DNA of 53,456 nucleotides from Bacteroidales bacterium UBA1756 (lineage in GTDB: Bacteria > Bacteroidota > Bacteroidia > Bacteroidales > WCHB1-69). Position 1 is the stretch's first letter. The number at the start of each line of letters is the position of its first letter. Below, one piece after another: positions 39,706 through 48,774 of this stretch. The position numbers and the translations under genes were made by a program. The stretch covers positions 1-53,456 of the forward strand of contig DCHI01000044.1 in assembly GCA_002314795.1 (NCBI GenBank), given 5' to 3'. The notes below the pieces were generated by a model. It saw only the letters and a program-made list of their open reading frames with translations. It was not told the DNA's origin and searched no databases.

Positions 39706-41130
39706 ATGAAAACCAAGTACATTGATTTGATTTCGCAGACATACGAGTTTCCGCAAGAGCAATTCAAAGTGGAAGACGGAGAACTCCATTTCAATGACGT
39801 CCCCTTGATGGACATCATCAAGCAGTATGGAACACCGTTGAAAATCACCTATTTACCAAAAATATCACAAAATATTCAACGGGCAAGACGCTGGTTCAAT
39901 GTCGCCATTGCCAAAGCCGACTACCAAGGAAGCTACCACTATTGCTACTGTACAAAAAGTTCGCATTTTGAATTCGTACTGTCTGAGGTCTTGAAAAATG
40001 ATGTTCACATTGAGACTTCGTCTGCGTTCGATTTGAACCTTATTGAAGTTTTAGAAGAACAGAATCTGTTCGACAAAGAGAATTTCATCATCTGCAACGG
40101 TTTCAAAAAACAACAATATGTTGACAATATTGCGATGATGTTGGACAAGGGTTATGTTAATACGATTCCCGTTTTGGACAACATCCACGAATTTGATATG
40201 ATTGACCAAGCCGTCAACACCAAGTGCAAGATTGGCATCCGTATTGCCGCAGAAGAGGAACCCCGTTTTGAATTTTACACATCCCGCCTCGGAGTCCGCT
40301 ACAACGACATCATTCCTTTCTACGAACACAAGATCAAGAACAATCCCAAGTTTGAGTTGAAGATGCTCCATTTCTTCATCAACACGGGCATACAGGACAC
40401 CGCCTACTATTGGAACGAACTGGGCAAGTGTATCAACCTGTACTGTGACCTCAAAAAAATCTGTCCCGAATTAGACTCCTTGGACATCGGCGGCGGATTT
40501 CCCATCAAAACCTCTCTGTCCTTCGAGTACGACTACGAATATATGGCGGAGGAAATCGTTTCCCAAATCAAGCAGATTTGCGAGCGCGAAGGCGTGGAAG
40601 AACCCGACATTTTCACGGAATTCGGTTCCTACACCGTGGGAGAAGCCAGCGCGGTTCTTTTTTCCATCCTCCAACAAAAGCGGCAGAACGACCGCGAGTT
40701 GTGGGATATGATTGACAGTTCCTTTATGACCACCCTCCCCGATACGTGGGCCATCGACCAGCAATTCATCATTTTAGCTGTCAACAACTGGGAGAAAGAA
40801 TACGAGCGCGTCTTTCTTGGAGGGCTCACCTGCGACAGTCAGGATTTCTACAACTCCGAGGCCTCCCTCAACGCCGTCTTCCTCCCGAAAATCAAGGCCT
40901 ACTCCCCTACCGACCATTCGAACGAGGAGGAGGAAGAACCTCAATACATCGGGCTGTTCAATACCGGCGCGTATCAGGAATCCGTCGGAGGGTACGGCGG
41001 CATCCAACACTGTCTGCTCCCCGCTCCTAAACATATTATTATATATAAGGATGAGGATGACGAACTTTGCACCAAACTTTTTGCAAAAGAGCAAAGTTAC
41101 AAATCTATGCTGAAAATATTAGGATACTAA
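39706..41130 (+). CDS. speA: Arginine decarboxylase (Bacteroidetes short type, fold-III PLP enzyme)
   Basis: YCTKSSH, SRLG, LHFF, LDIGGGFP, TEFG, GLTCDS.D.Y, TGAYQE. ATG at 39706. Confidence 0.88.
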   Translation: MKTKYIDLISQTYEFPQEQFKVEDGELHFNDVPLMDIIKQYGTPLKITYLPKISQNIQRARRWFNVAIAKADYQGSYHYCYCTKSSHFEFVLSEVLKNDVHIETSSAFDLNLIEVLEEQNLFDKENFIICNGFKKQQYVDNIAMMLDKGYVNTIPVLDNIHEFDMIDQAVNTKCKIGIRIAAEEEPRFEFYTSRLGVRYNDIIPFYEHKIKNNPKFELKMLHFFINTGIQDTAYYWNELGKCINLYCDLKKICPELDSLDIGGGFPIKTSLSFEYDYEYMAEEIVSQIKQICEREGVEEPDIFTEFGSYTVGEASAVLFSILQQKRQNDRELWDMIDSSFMTTLPDTWAIDQQFIILAVNNWEKEYERVFLGGLTCDSQDFYNSEASLNAVFLPKIKAYSPTDHSNEEEEEPQYIGLFNTGAYQESVGGYGGIQHCLLPAPKHIIIYKDEDDELCTKLFAKEQSYKSMLKILGY

Positions 41131-41159
41131 CATCAAGCAACTGGCAATAAAGCAAATAG

Positions 41160-43073
41160 ATGAACTACCTTACTGTTGAAAATCTAACCAAAACCTACGG
41201 CGAAAAACTGCTTTTTGAAAACATTACCTTCGGACTTGAAAAAGGACAAAAAACAGCGCTGATTGCCAAAAACGGAACGGGCAAATCCACCTTGCTGAAC
41301 ATCATTGCCGGTTTGGAAGAGCCCGATAAAGGACAAGTTGTTGTTAGAAAAGACATTACGGTATCCTATCTGCCACAGATTGATAATTTTGCAGACTCAC
41401 TTCCCGTCTTAGACGCCATTTTTAATGCACAAACACCTGACGTTCAAGCGGTAAAGGAGTACGAAACGTGCCTCTCTCTCGTCAATGAAATGCACGAAAA
41501 AGGGAACAACGATGCCGAACTTGAAAACCGGCTGCACCGTGCCATAGAAGCGGTGGACCGGCTGCAAGCGTGGGATTTTGAAAGCCGTGCCAAAGAGATT
41601 CTCTCCAAATTCGGCATTGAAGACGTTTTCAAAGCCGTTGGTGAATTGTCTGGAGGTCAGCGAAAAAAGGCGGCATTAGCCAAAACCTTGCTTGCTGACA
41701 CCGACCTGCTGATTTTGGACGAGCCCACCAACCACTTGGACATTGAAATGATTGAGTGGATGGAATCCTATCTGTCGCACTCCAATGTCACCTTGCTGAT
41801 GGTGACCCACGACCGGCATTTTCTTGACCAGGTTTGCAACGACATTCTTGAAATAGAAAACGGAAACTTGTACCGTTACAAAGGGAAATACGACTACTTC
41901 ATTGAAAAGAAAGCCGAACGTCTGCTCAACGAAGCGACGGAGCACGAAAAGATGAAGCAGCTGTATTTGAAGGAGTTGGAATGGGTTCACACCTCTCCGC
42001 AGGCCCGTACCTCCAAAGCGAAGGCCCGCATCCAGGCGTTTGAAGGCCTCAAGGAAAGTGTTTCGCAAAAGATAGAAAAACAAGCCGAAAGTTTTCACGT
42101 TGAGCCGGAACGATTGGGAAACAAGATATTGGAAATCAATAATTTGGATTTTGCATACGGCGACAAAGTTCTTTTAGATGATTTTTCTTACATATTCAAG
42201 AAAGGTGAAAAGTGCGGCATCGTTGGAAAAAACGGAACGGGTAAATCCACCTTTCTGAAACTGATTATGGGCGAGTTGAAGGCGAACGGAGGAAAAATCG
42301 TGGCCGGACAAACCATCCAGTTCGGTTATTTTTCGCAAGATGGACTACAAGTATCTGGGAACAAACGAATTATAGACATCGTGAAGGAGCAGGCGGAAGT
42401 CATTCGGACAGAAACCGGCAACTACATCGGTGCCTCGCAGTTTCTGAACCATTTCGGTTTCAAATACGAACAGCAATACACCTATTTCGAGGACCTCAGC
42501 GGGGGCGAAAAAAGAAAATTGCACCTGCTCATCACGCTGATGCGGAATCCGAACTTTCTCATTCTGGATGAGCCCACGAACGACTTTGACATTGACACGC
42601 TTAACAAATTGGAGGACTTGCTCTCTTTTTATAAAGGATGCTTGCTCATCGTTTCGCACGACCGCTGGTTTATGAATAAAATCGTTGACCACATTTTCGT
42701 TTTCAACGGGAACGGGAAAATCAAAGATTTTTACGGAAACTACACGGACTACAAATTGGCGCACGACAAAGAACTCCGCATTGAGAAAAAAGCGGAGAAG
42801 TTGCAACGGGCTGCTGCTGCGCCTTCCCCGGAGAAAATTTCCAAGCGAGACAACTCCAACAAACTCACTTACAAGGAGAAAAAGGAATTGGAGGAGCTTG
42901 AAATATTGATTGAAGGGCTTGAAAAAGAGAAGAAGGAATTGTTGGACAAAATGAATAGCGGCAACGGAACGGGCGAAGAGCTAACCAGCTGGGGACAGCG
43001 GTATCAAGTGGTTTCCGACCAATTGGATGAATCGTCTATGCGTTGGTTGGAGCTCAGCGAGAAAGAGGCGTGA
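41160..43073 (+). CDS. ABC-F family ATPase (Uup-like)
   Basis: Two NBDs (NGTGKS, LSGG, LDEPTN, HDR), no TM segments, C-terminal coiled coil ending RWLEL. Confidence 0.93.
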   Translation: MNYLTVENLTKTYGEKLLFENITFGLEKGQKTALIAKNGTGKSTLLNIIAGLEEPDKGQVVVRKDITVSYLPQIDNFADSLPVLDAIFNAQTPDVQAVKEYETCLSLVNEMHEKGNNDAELENRLHRAIEAVDRLQAWDFESRAKEILSKFGIEDVFKAVGELSGGQRKKAALAKTLLADTDLLILDEPTNHLDIEMIEWMESYLSHSNVTLLMVTHDRHFLDQVCNDILEIENGNLYRYKGKYDYFIEKKAERLLNEATEHEKMKQLYLKELEWVHTSPQARTSKAKARIQAFEGLKESVSQKIEKQAESFHVEPERLGNKILEINNLDFAYGDKVLLDDFSYIFKKGEKCGIVGKNGTGKSTFLKLIMGELKANGGKIVAGQTIQFGYFSQDGLQVSGNKRIIDIVKEQAEVIRTETGNYIGASQFLNHFGFKYEQQYTYFEDLSGGEKRKLHLLITLMRNPNFLILDEPTNDFDIDTLNKLEDLLSFYKGCLLIVSHDRWFMNKIVDHIFVFNGNGKIKDFYGNYTDYKLAHDKELRIEKKAEKLQRAAAAPSPEKISKRDNSNKLTYKEKKELEELEILIEGLEKEKKELLDKMNSGNGTGEELTSWGQRYQVVSDQLDESSMRWLELSEKEA

Positions 43074-43122
43074 TAACATTTCTAATTCATTTTCAATAAA
43101 TTAGTTAACTTTTTGGCACGAC

Positions 43123-46068
43123 CTACTTCGTCAGTTTCAAATACATTTTCATCAGTTCGGCCACACACTCACTTTCGGTCATCTTAATATCGAAGCCGTA
43201 CGCTTTCATCACGGCTTTATCGTTTTCACGATGTACCTTACGAAGTTCAATAGGCATCAATGTTTCATTGTACAAGTCGGCCAAACTACTTTCGGGGAAT
43301 TTTGCACGGGCGTCCAAGATGGCTTGTGCGGTTTGTGCAATTTTGTCCTGCTGTTCCGCCGTGGGTGTTGGCCAGGGGAAGTTGTTGTAAACGATATCCT
43401 TGCTGTAACGGTAGTCGGATTTCAGTCGTCCTCCGACAGCCCGCATCCAGGCGTTATGCACATTGGAAGTAAGAACACCGAAGTGATAAAGAGTGGCATC
43501 AGGAAGGATTCGAATTGCATTGCTGCATAAAACATCAGGTGTCATAAATCCCACAGGAACATACCTTCTGCGTTCCGAGGATGTTTCAGGAATAACGATA
43601 TAATTTCCTTGCGGCATATTTTCAACGTGAAAACGAGTAGGCTTGTTTGCTATTTTGCGAGTCCCGTCGCTTGAACTTGCAAGACGGAAATCGCGAACCG
43701 CCTGAACACGTTTAAAGCATTCAGGCAATTGTCTCAATTCATTAGGTTTACATTCACCCAACCACAAACAATAACGATGCCAGCCGTTTATAAATTCATC
43801 CGCTCCATTCCATTTTCGGAACAACTTTTTCGCTTGCGGTTCCTTTTTGACGAAATCCTTCATTTCCTCTTCTTTGAAAAGATAATTACCGCCATCAATC
43901 GGCTTATTTCCAATTCCTATTTCCGGGACAACGCAAAGAGGTTTATTTCGACTTTCTACAAAAATATTGGGAGCATCCAATAAATAGCCATTGATGTTTT
44001 TCGACACAATCTTTTGTCCCGATTCATCATATATGATTCGATCATTTCCATTATTATCGCCAGAAAATCCAACCACAACGCAATGGACGTGGGCTTTCAA
44101 AGAAGATTCGCTGTCCCAACGGAAAGTTCTATATGCGAAATCAATATGTGTTCCGTAATCGTTGAACAATGGTTTCCACAAATTGGCAACTTGTTCTCCC
44201 TGAGTAACGGAGTTCGTTGAAACGAATGCGACTTTTGTTTTTCTGTGATACTGCAATAGCTGTGCGGCTTTGTAATACCAGCTACTGACATAATCCATAT
44301 TGCCTATGTTTTTCCATTTGTTGCCAAAAAGAGTGAGCATATCGTCTTTTTGTGCTGCACTCATCAAACGAGCTCCCACAAAAGGAGGATTTCCCATAAT
44401 GTAATTGAAGGAGACGGTTCGGGTTCTATTTTGCTGTGGATTGATGTTGATTTTTTCAGTATGAAGATTTATACAATCATATTTAAAATCGGGTTCGGAC
44501 GTCTTTCCCTGCTGGTTTTCAGGCATTACGTACAGATTTGTCTCTTTTGAATAAATATCAGGAAAGATTTCATCCGTCTTCCACTCGGTCCAAGAGAGGC
44601 GCAACGCATTCCCTTTCTTGATGTTGCGGTATGTCTTTAGGGGGAGCATTTCCAACTGTGTATCAATGATTTTCTCCGTTTCCTTCAGCATTTGGCTTTC
44701 GGCAATCCACAAGGCAGTAGTGGCCACATCCACCGCAAAGTCATTGATTTCAATGCCGTAAAACTGATGGATGCTCACTTTTACCGGATTGACTTCTTCA
44801 AAACCCATTTGCACCTGTCCCTTGGTGTAAATCAAAATGGCTTCATTTTCCAATCTTCTTAATGACAAATACGTCTCTGTCAAAAAGTTACCACTACCAC
44901 AAGAAGGATCCAAGAAAGTGAGGGAAGCCAATTTGTCTTGAAACTTTTTCGCTTTTTCTATCCTTGTTTTCTCAACTTTCTCCGCCTTGATTTTTTGAAA
45001 CTCATTGTTTAGGCCATTCAAAAACAAATTATCAATCACTTTGTGAATGTTTTCAATGGAAGTGTAGTGCATTCCGCCGCTGCGGCGCGTCACCGGATTC
45101 AACGTACTTTCAAACACACTTCCAAATATGGTAGGAGAAATTTCACTCCAATCAAAATCATCGCTTGCATTTTTCAATAAAAGATGTGCAATTTCATCAT
45201 TGAATCTTGGAATTTCAATATTTTTCTCAGAAAACAGCCCACCATTGCAATAGGGAAATGCAGCCAAACTGTCGGGAAGATAGGGATCGCGCTGTTCGAT
45301 GGGCGTATTCAGAACCTCAAACAAATCCATCAATGCCTTCCGCATCTCACCTTCGCCCGGTTTGTATTTAATAAGGTAATCGTGGAATTGGGAACGGCTG
45401 CCGAAAAGTCCTGCGTCTTCCGCATACAGACAAAAGACAATTCGCACACAGAGCACATTCAAACTGCGCAAGGTTTCAGCACTTTCGGGATGAAGGTATT
45501 GCTTCAGCAAAGCGTCATAAATCTCACCGATAATCTCGCCCGCCTTCAAAGAAATTTCCATCTCTTTTTGCAAATGCACATTTCCACTATCTGTTAAAAA
45601 AGAGAGTCGATAATACTCTTTTTCAAGATTTTCCAAAAGGATTTCTTCGGGTTCGCCGTTGGGACGGTTCATATCGTAAACCAGGAATGATTTGAAATTG
45701 CACGTCACAATCCAGCGGGGGCGGTCGTCGTATGGCAGTTCGGAAGAATAGCGTTTAGCTTGCTGAAAGGGAGTAAGAAAAGAGCCATCACTCTGTTTGA
45801 TAGGATTATACAAATTCTTATTGGAACTTTTCTGTTCAATCAGAACGTGCGTTTGTCGGATGTACCCGTCGATGAAACTGGTGTGGTCTAATTTCACTTG
45901 TTCTTCGAAAATGATAAACTTTTCGGGCTGTTCTACTCCGAAGACATCACGAAGCAGTCCCAACCAGAAGGATTGGCTTTCGCCTTTCTCATAACCTTTG
46001 TTTTTCCAAAATTCCGCAAAGCGTTTTGCTGCCTTTTCTTGGTGTATAGCAGTTGTTTGTTTTAACAT
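43123..46068 (-). CDS. MmeI-like type IIL restriction-modification enzyme (nuclease + N6A MTase + TRD)
   Basis: 981 aa. F...W...E....FW, IDG...LIEQK nuclease motif, GMHYT, FLDPSCGSGNFL, GNPPF, YNNFPWP, SLADLY. Confidence 0.92.
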   Translation of the reverse strand: MLKQTTAIHQEKAAKRFAEFWKNKGYEKGESQSFWLGLLRDVFGVEQPEKFIIFEEQVKLDHTSFIDGYIRQTHVLIEQKSSNKNLYNPIKQSDGSFLTPFQQAKRYSSELPYDDRPRWIVTCNFKSFLVYDMNRPNGEPEEILLENLEKEYYRLSFLTDSGNVHLQKEMEISLKAGEIIGEIYDALLKQYLHPESAETLRSLNVLCVRIVFCLYAEDAGLFGSRSQFHDYLIKYKPGEGEMRKALMDLFEVLNTPIEQRDPYLPDSLAAFPYCNGGLFSEKNIEIPRFNDEIAHLLLKNASDDFDWSEISPTIFGSVFESTLNPVTRRSGGMHYTSIENIHKVIDNLFLNGLNNEFQKIKAEKVEKTRIEKAKKFQDKLASLTFLDPSCGSGNFLTETYLSLRRLENEAILIYTKGQVQMGFEEVNPVKVSIHQFYGIEINDFAVDVATTALWIAESQMLKETEKIIDTQLEMLPLKTYRNIKKGNALRLSWTEWKTDEIFPDIYSKETNLYVMPENQQGKTSEPDFKYDCINLHTEKININPQQNRTRTVSFNYIMGNPPFVGARLMSAAQKDDMLTLFGNKWKNIGNMDYVSSWYYKAAQLLQYHRKTKVAFVSTNSVTQGEQVANLWKPLFNDYGTHIDFAYRTFRWDSESSLKAHVHCVVVGFSGDNNGNDRIIYDESGQKIVSKNINGYLLDAPNIFVESRNKPLCVVPEIGIGNKPIDGGNYLFKEEEMKDFVKKEPQAKKLFRKWNGADEFINGWHRYCLWLGECKPNELRQLPECFKRVQAVRDFRLASSSDGTRKIANKPTRFHVENMPQGNYIVIPETSSERRRYVPVGFMTPDVLCSNAIRILPDATLYHFGVLTSNVHNAWMRAVGGRLKSDYRYSKDIVYNNFPWPTPTAEQQDKIAQTAQAILDARAKFPESSLADLYNETLMPIELRKVHRENDKAVMKAYGFDIKMTESECVAELMKMYLKLTK

Positions 46069-46099
46069 ACCGACTTAAAATTAGAAGGTACAAATGTAC

Positions 46100-46131
46100 A
46101 AAAAAGAGACGCGGGCAATCCCGTGTCTCTT
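46100..46131 (-). terminator. Terminator after tRNA-Leu
   Basis: Minus strand reads AGAGACACGGG-ATTG-CCCGCGTCTCT followed by a T-tract. A TACATTTG -7 element for the RM gene follows at 46091-46098. Confidence 0.75.
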
Positions 46132-46139
46132 AAAATCTG

Positions 46140-46221
46140 TGCGGATGAGGAGACTCGAACTCCTACTCCTCTCGGAACTAGATCCTAAGTCTAGCGCGTC
46201 TACCAGTTCCGCCACACCCGC
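46140..46221 (-). tRNA. tRNA-Leu (anticodon TAG), CCA not encoded
   Basis: GCGGGTGTGGCGGAACTGGTAGACGCG CTAGA-CTTAGGA-TCTAG, long variable arm, GTTCGAG T-loop, 3' end CATCCGCA. Promoter TACTTTTG at 46236-43 on the minus strand. Confidence 0.97.
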
Positions 46222-46310
46222 TAAATTTGAGGGCGCAAAAGTACAATTATTTATGATTTCTTCGGATGAAATATCAAATTTTATTTTTCCTTTTGCCTTG
46301 AAATATTTCG

Positions 46311-46318
46311 TACCTTTG
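46311..46318 (+). promoter_or_regulatory. iorAB -7 promoter element
   Basis: TACCTTTG(CG), divergent from the tRNA promoter. Confidence 0.6.
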
Positions 46319-46387
46319 CGCCCGCTTTCTCATAGGGGAAAATCGCACGTACACAACCAAAATTAATATATCAAAAAACAAATTTTT

Positions 46388-47992
46388 ATGGCTAAATCAC
46401 TTTTATTGGGAGTTGAAGCTATTGCACAAGGAGCCCTTGATGCAGGTTTGTCTGGAGTTTATGCTTATCCGGGAACCCCCTCCACAGAAATCACTGAGTA
46501 CATTCAGAATTCGAAACAGGCCGCGGAAGGCAACATCCACCGCATTTGGGCCGGCAACGAAAAAACTGCAATGGAATCCGCAGTCGGTATGTCTTACGCC
46601 GGCAAACGCGCCCTCGTTTGTATGAAACACGTCGGGCTCAATGTCGCCGCCGACCCGTTTATGAACTCCTCCATCACTGGAGCAAACGGCGGTTTGGTAG
46701 TCGTTGTCGCTGACGACCCGTCGATGCACTCTTCTCAAGATGAGCAGGATTCCCGCTACTACGGCAAGTTCGCACTCATCCCGGTTATGGAACCCTCCAA
46801 TCAGCAAGAGGCCTACAATATGGTTTATGACGCTTTCGATCTTTCCGAAAAGTACCATACGCCGGTTCTCCTTCGTGTCACCACCCGCTTGGCACACTCC
46901 CGTGCCGGCGTTGAACGTCGCGAGGTACGCAAACAAAACGAACTCAACGTCTGCTCCAACCCGAAACAGTTTGTTCTTCTGCCCGCCAATGCACGCGTCA
47001 ACTATCGTGACCTTTTAGGCAAGCAAGCCGATTTCGAAAACGAGTCAGAAAATTCAAAATACAACTGGTACAAGGACGGTGCTGACAAGAAACTCGGTAT
47101 CATCACAACCGGTATCGGCTACAACTACGTTATGGAAAACTTTGAAGGCGGCAACTGTCCTCATCCCATCCTCAAACTTTCCCAATATCCGGCACCTGCC
47201 AAATTGATTGCTAAGATGGTTGACGAATGCGAAAGCGTTCTCGTCGTTGAAGAAGGTTATCCGTTGATTGAGGACCAACTTCGTGGACTTCTCAACCGCA
47301 CGGGTAACATCAAGGGTCGTATGGACGGGACCCTTCCTCGCGATGGCGAACTCAATCCGAACTTGGTAGCCAAGGCGCTCGGTTTGAAAGATTCCTACGG
47401 TTCTCCGGTTCCGGCAATCGTAGCCCCGAGACCTCCCGCGCTCTGCAACGGCTGTCCTCACGTTGACACCTATCTTGCTTTGAACGAAGCGATGAAGATG
47501 CACGGTCCCGGCAAAGTGTTCGCTGACATCGGTTGCTACACCCTCGGTGCACTTCCTCCGTACAAAGCCATCTACACAACACTCGATATGGGCGCCTCCA
47601 TCACGATGGCAAAAGGTGCTGCCGATTCCGGAATGAGCCCGGTTGTCGCCGTTATCGGTGACTCCACCTTCACTCACAGCGGAATGACTTCCCTGCTCGA
47701 TTGCATTTATGAAAACACACCGATTACGGTGATGATTCTCGACAACAGCACCACCGGTATGACGGGCGGACAAGACAGTCACGCACTCGGTCGCATCGGC
47801 AACATCTGCAAAGGTCTTGGCGTTGCAGAAGAACACATCCGTATCATCACACCTTTGGCAAAGAATCACGAAGAAAACGTCAAGGTTATCAAGGAAGAAC
47901 TTGAATATCAAGGCGTTTCCGTCATCGTTCCGACCCGCGAATGTATCCAAACCTTAAGCCGTCGTATGAAGGCACAGGCCAAAAACAAATAA
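46388..47992 (+). CDS. iorA: Indolepyruvate:ferredoxin oxidoreductase alpha subunit
   Basis: YPGTPSTEI, NEKTA, MKHVGLNVAADP, DDPSMHSSQ, RPPALC.GCPH, DIGCYTL, IGDSTF.HSG, DN.TT.MTGGQ. Confidence 0.95.
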   Translation: MAKSLLLGVEAIAQGALDAGLSGVYAYPGTPSTEITEYIQNSKQAAEGNIHRIWAGNEKTAMESAVGMSYAGKRALVCMKHVGLNVAADPFMNSSITGANGGLVVVVADDPSMHSSQDEQDSRYYGKFALIPVMEPSNQQEAYNMVYDAFDLSEKYHTPVLLRVTTRLAHSRAGVERREVRKQNELNVCSNPKQFVLLPANARVNYRDLLGKQADFENESENSKYNWYKDGADKKLGIITTGIGYNYVMENFEGGNCPHPILKLSQYPAPAKLIAKMVDECESVLVVEEGYPLIEDQLRGLLNRTGNIKGRMDGTLPRDGELNPNLVAKALGLKDSYGSPVPAIVAPRPPALCNGCPHVDTYLALNEAMKMHGPGKVFADIGCYTLGALPPYKAIYTTLDMGASITMAKGAADSGMSPVVAVIGDSTFTHSGMTSLLDCIYENTPITVMILDNSTTGMTGGQDSHALGRIGNICKGLGVAEEHIRIITPLAKNHEENVKVIKEELEYQGVSVIVPTRECIQTLSRRMKAQAKNK

Positions 47993-48028
47993 CATTCGTT
48001 GCAAATAATAACCGAAAAAACAATCACA

Positions 48029-48610
48029 ATGAAAATAGATATCATTTTAGCAGGTGTCGGCGGTCAAGGAATCCTTTCCATCGCTTCCACCATCGGCGTT
48101 GCAGCCGTAAAAAAAGGTTTGTTTCTTAAACAAGCAGAGGTACACGGTATGAGCCAACGCGGCGGTGACGTTCAGTCCCATTTCCGTTTGTCAGACCACG
48201 AAATCGCTTCCGACCTCATCCCGATGGGAAAGGCCGATATGATTATCGCCGTCGAACCGATGGAATCACTCCGTTATCTTCCCTGGTTGGCTGAAGGCGG
48301 CTGGGTTATCACGAATGACCAACCTTTCATCAACATTCCCAACTATCCGGAAGAAAGCGCTTTGAGAGCAGAATTGAACAAATTGCCCAACAAAGTCGTT
48401 ATCAATGCTGACAAAATCGCCAAGGATCTGGGCAGTGCCCGTTCCGCAAATATGGTCATCCTCGGTGCTGCGGCTCCTTTCCTCAAAATGGATTTCGCTG
48501 ACATCGAAAATGCAGTTCGCGAAATTTTCGCCCGCAAAGGTGAATCCGTCGTAGAAGTCAACCTCGCTTGCTTGAGAGCCGGCTACGAATTCGCGCAAAA
48601 GAACCAATAA
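48029..48610 (+). CDS. iorB: Indolepyruvate:ferredoxin oxidoreductase beta subunit
   Basis: GVGGQG, EVHGMSQRGG. ATG at 48029. Confidence 0.95.
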   Translation: MKIDIILAGVGGQGILSIASTIGVAAVKKGLFLKQAEVHGMSQRGGDVQSHFRLSDHEIASDLIPMGKADMIIAVEPMESLRYLPWLAEGGWVITNDQPFINIPNYPEESALRAELNKLPNKVVINADKIAKDLGSARSANMVILGAAAPFLKMDFADIENAVREIFARKGESVVEVNLACLRAGYEFAQKNQ

Positions 48611-48660
48611 GATTTCTATGCTTATTCTTCATAAGTATTAGAAAACCAATAAGATGATAC

Positions 48661-48692
48661 AGAGGGAGAGCGATTGTCAATCTCCCTCTTTT
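48661..48692 (+). terminator. Probable terminator after iorB
   Basis: AGAGGGAGA/TCTCCCTCT stem followed by Ts. Confidence 0.65.
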
Positions 48693-48774
48693 CACCTCTA
48701 ACCATTTAATCACAAACGCTCATCTCACTGCCTCTTTCTTCCAAACTTAAAAAAGACATTCTATTATATTAGCA

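Noticed and set aside
43074-46221. Integrative element or prophage at tRNA-Leu
   Set aside because: No integrase, phage genes or duplicated tRNA 3' end seen.
12735-48028. Extended ORF-track starts (12735, 13928, 39661, 47999)
   Set aside because: These are non-ATG starts that overlap promoter elements or upstream genes, or add non-conserved residues. Downstream ATGs (12759, 14015, 39706, 48029) fit the family N-termini.
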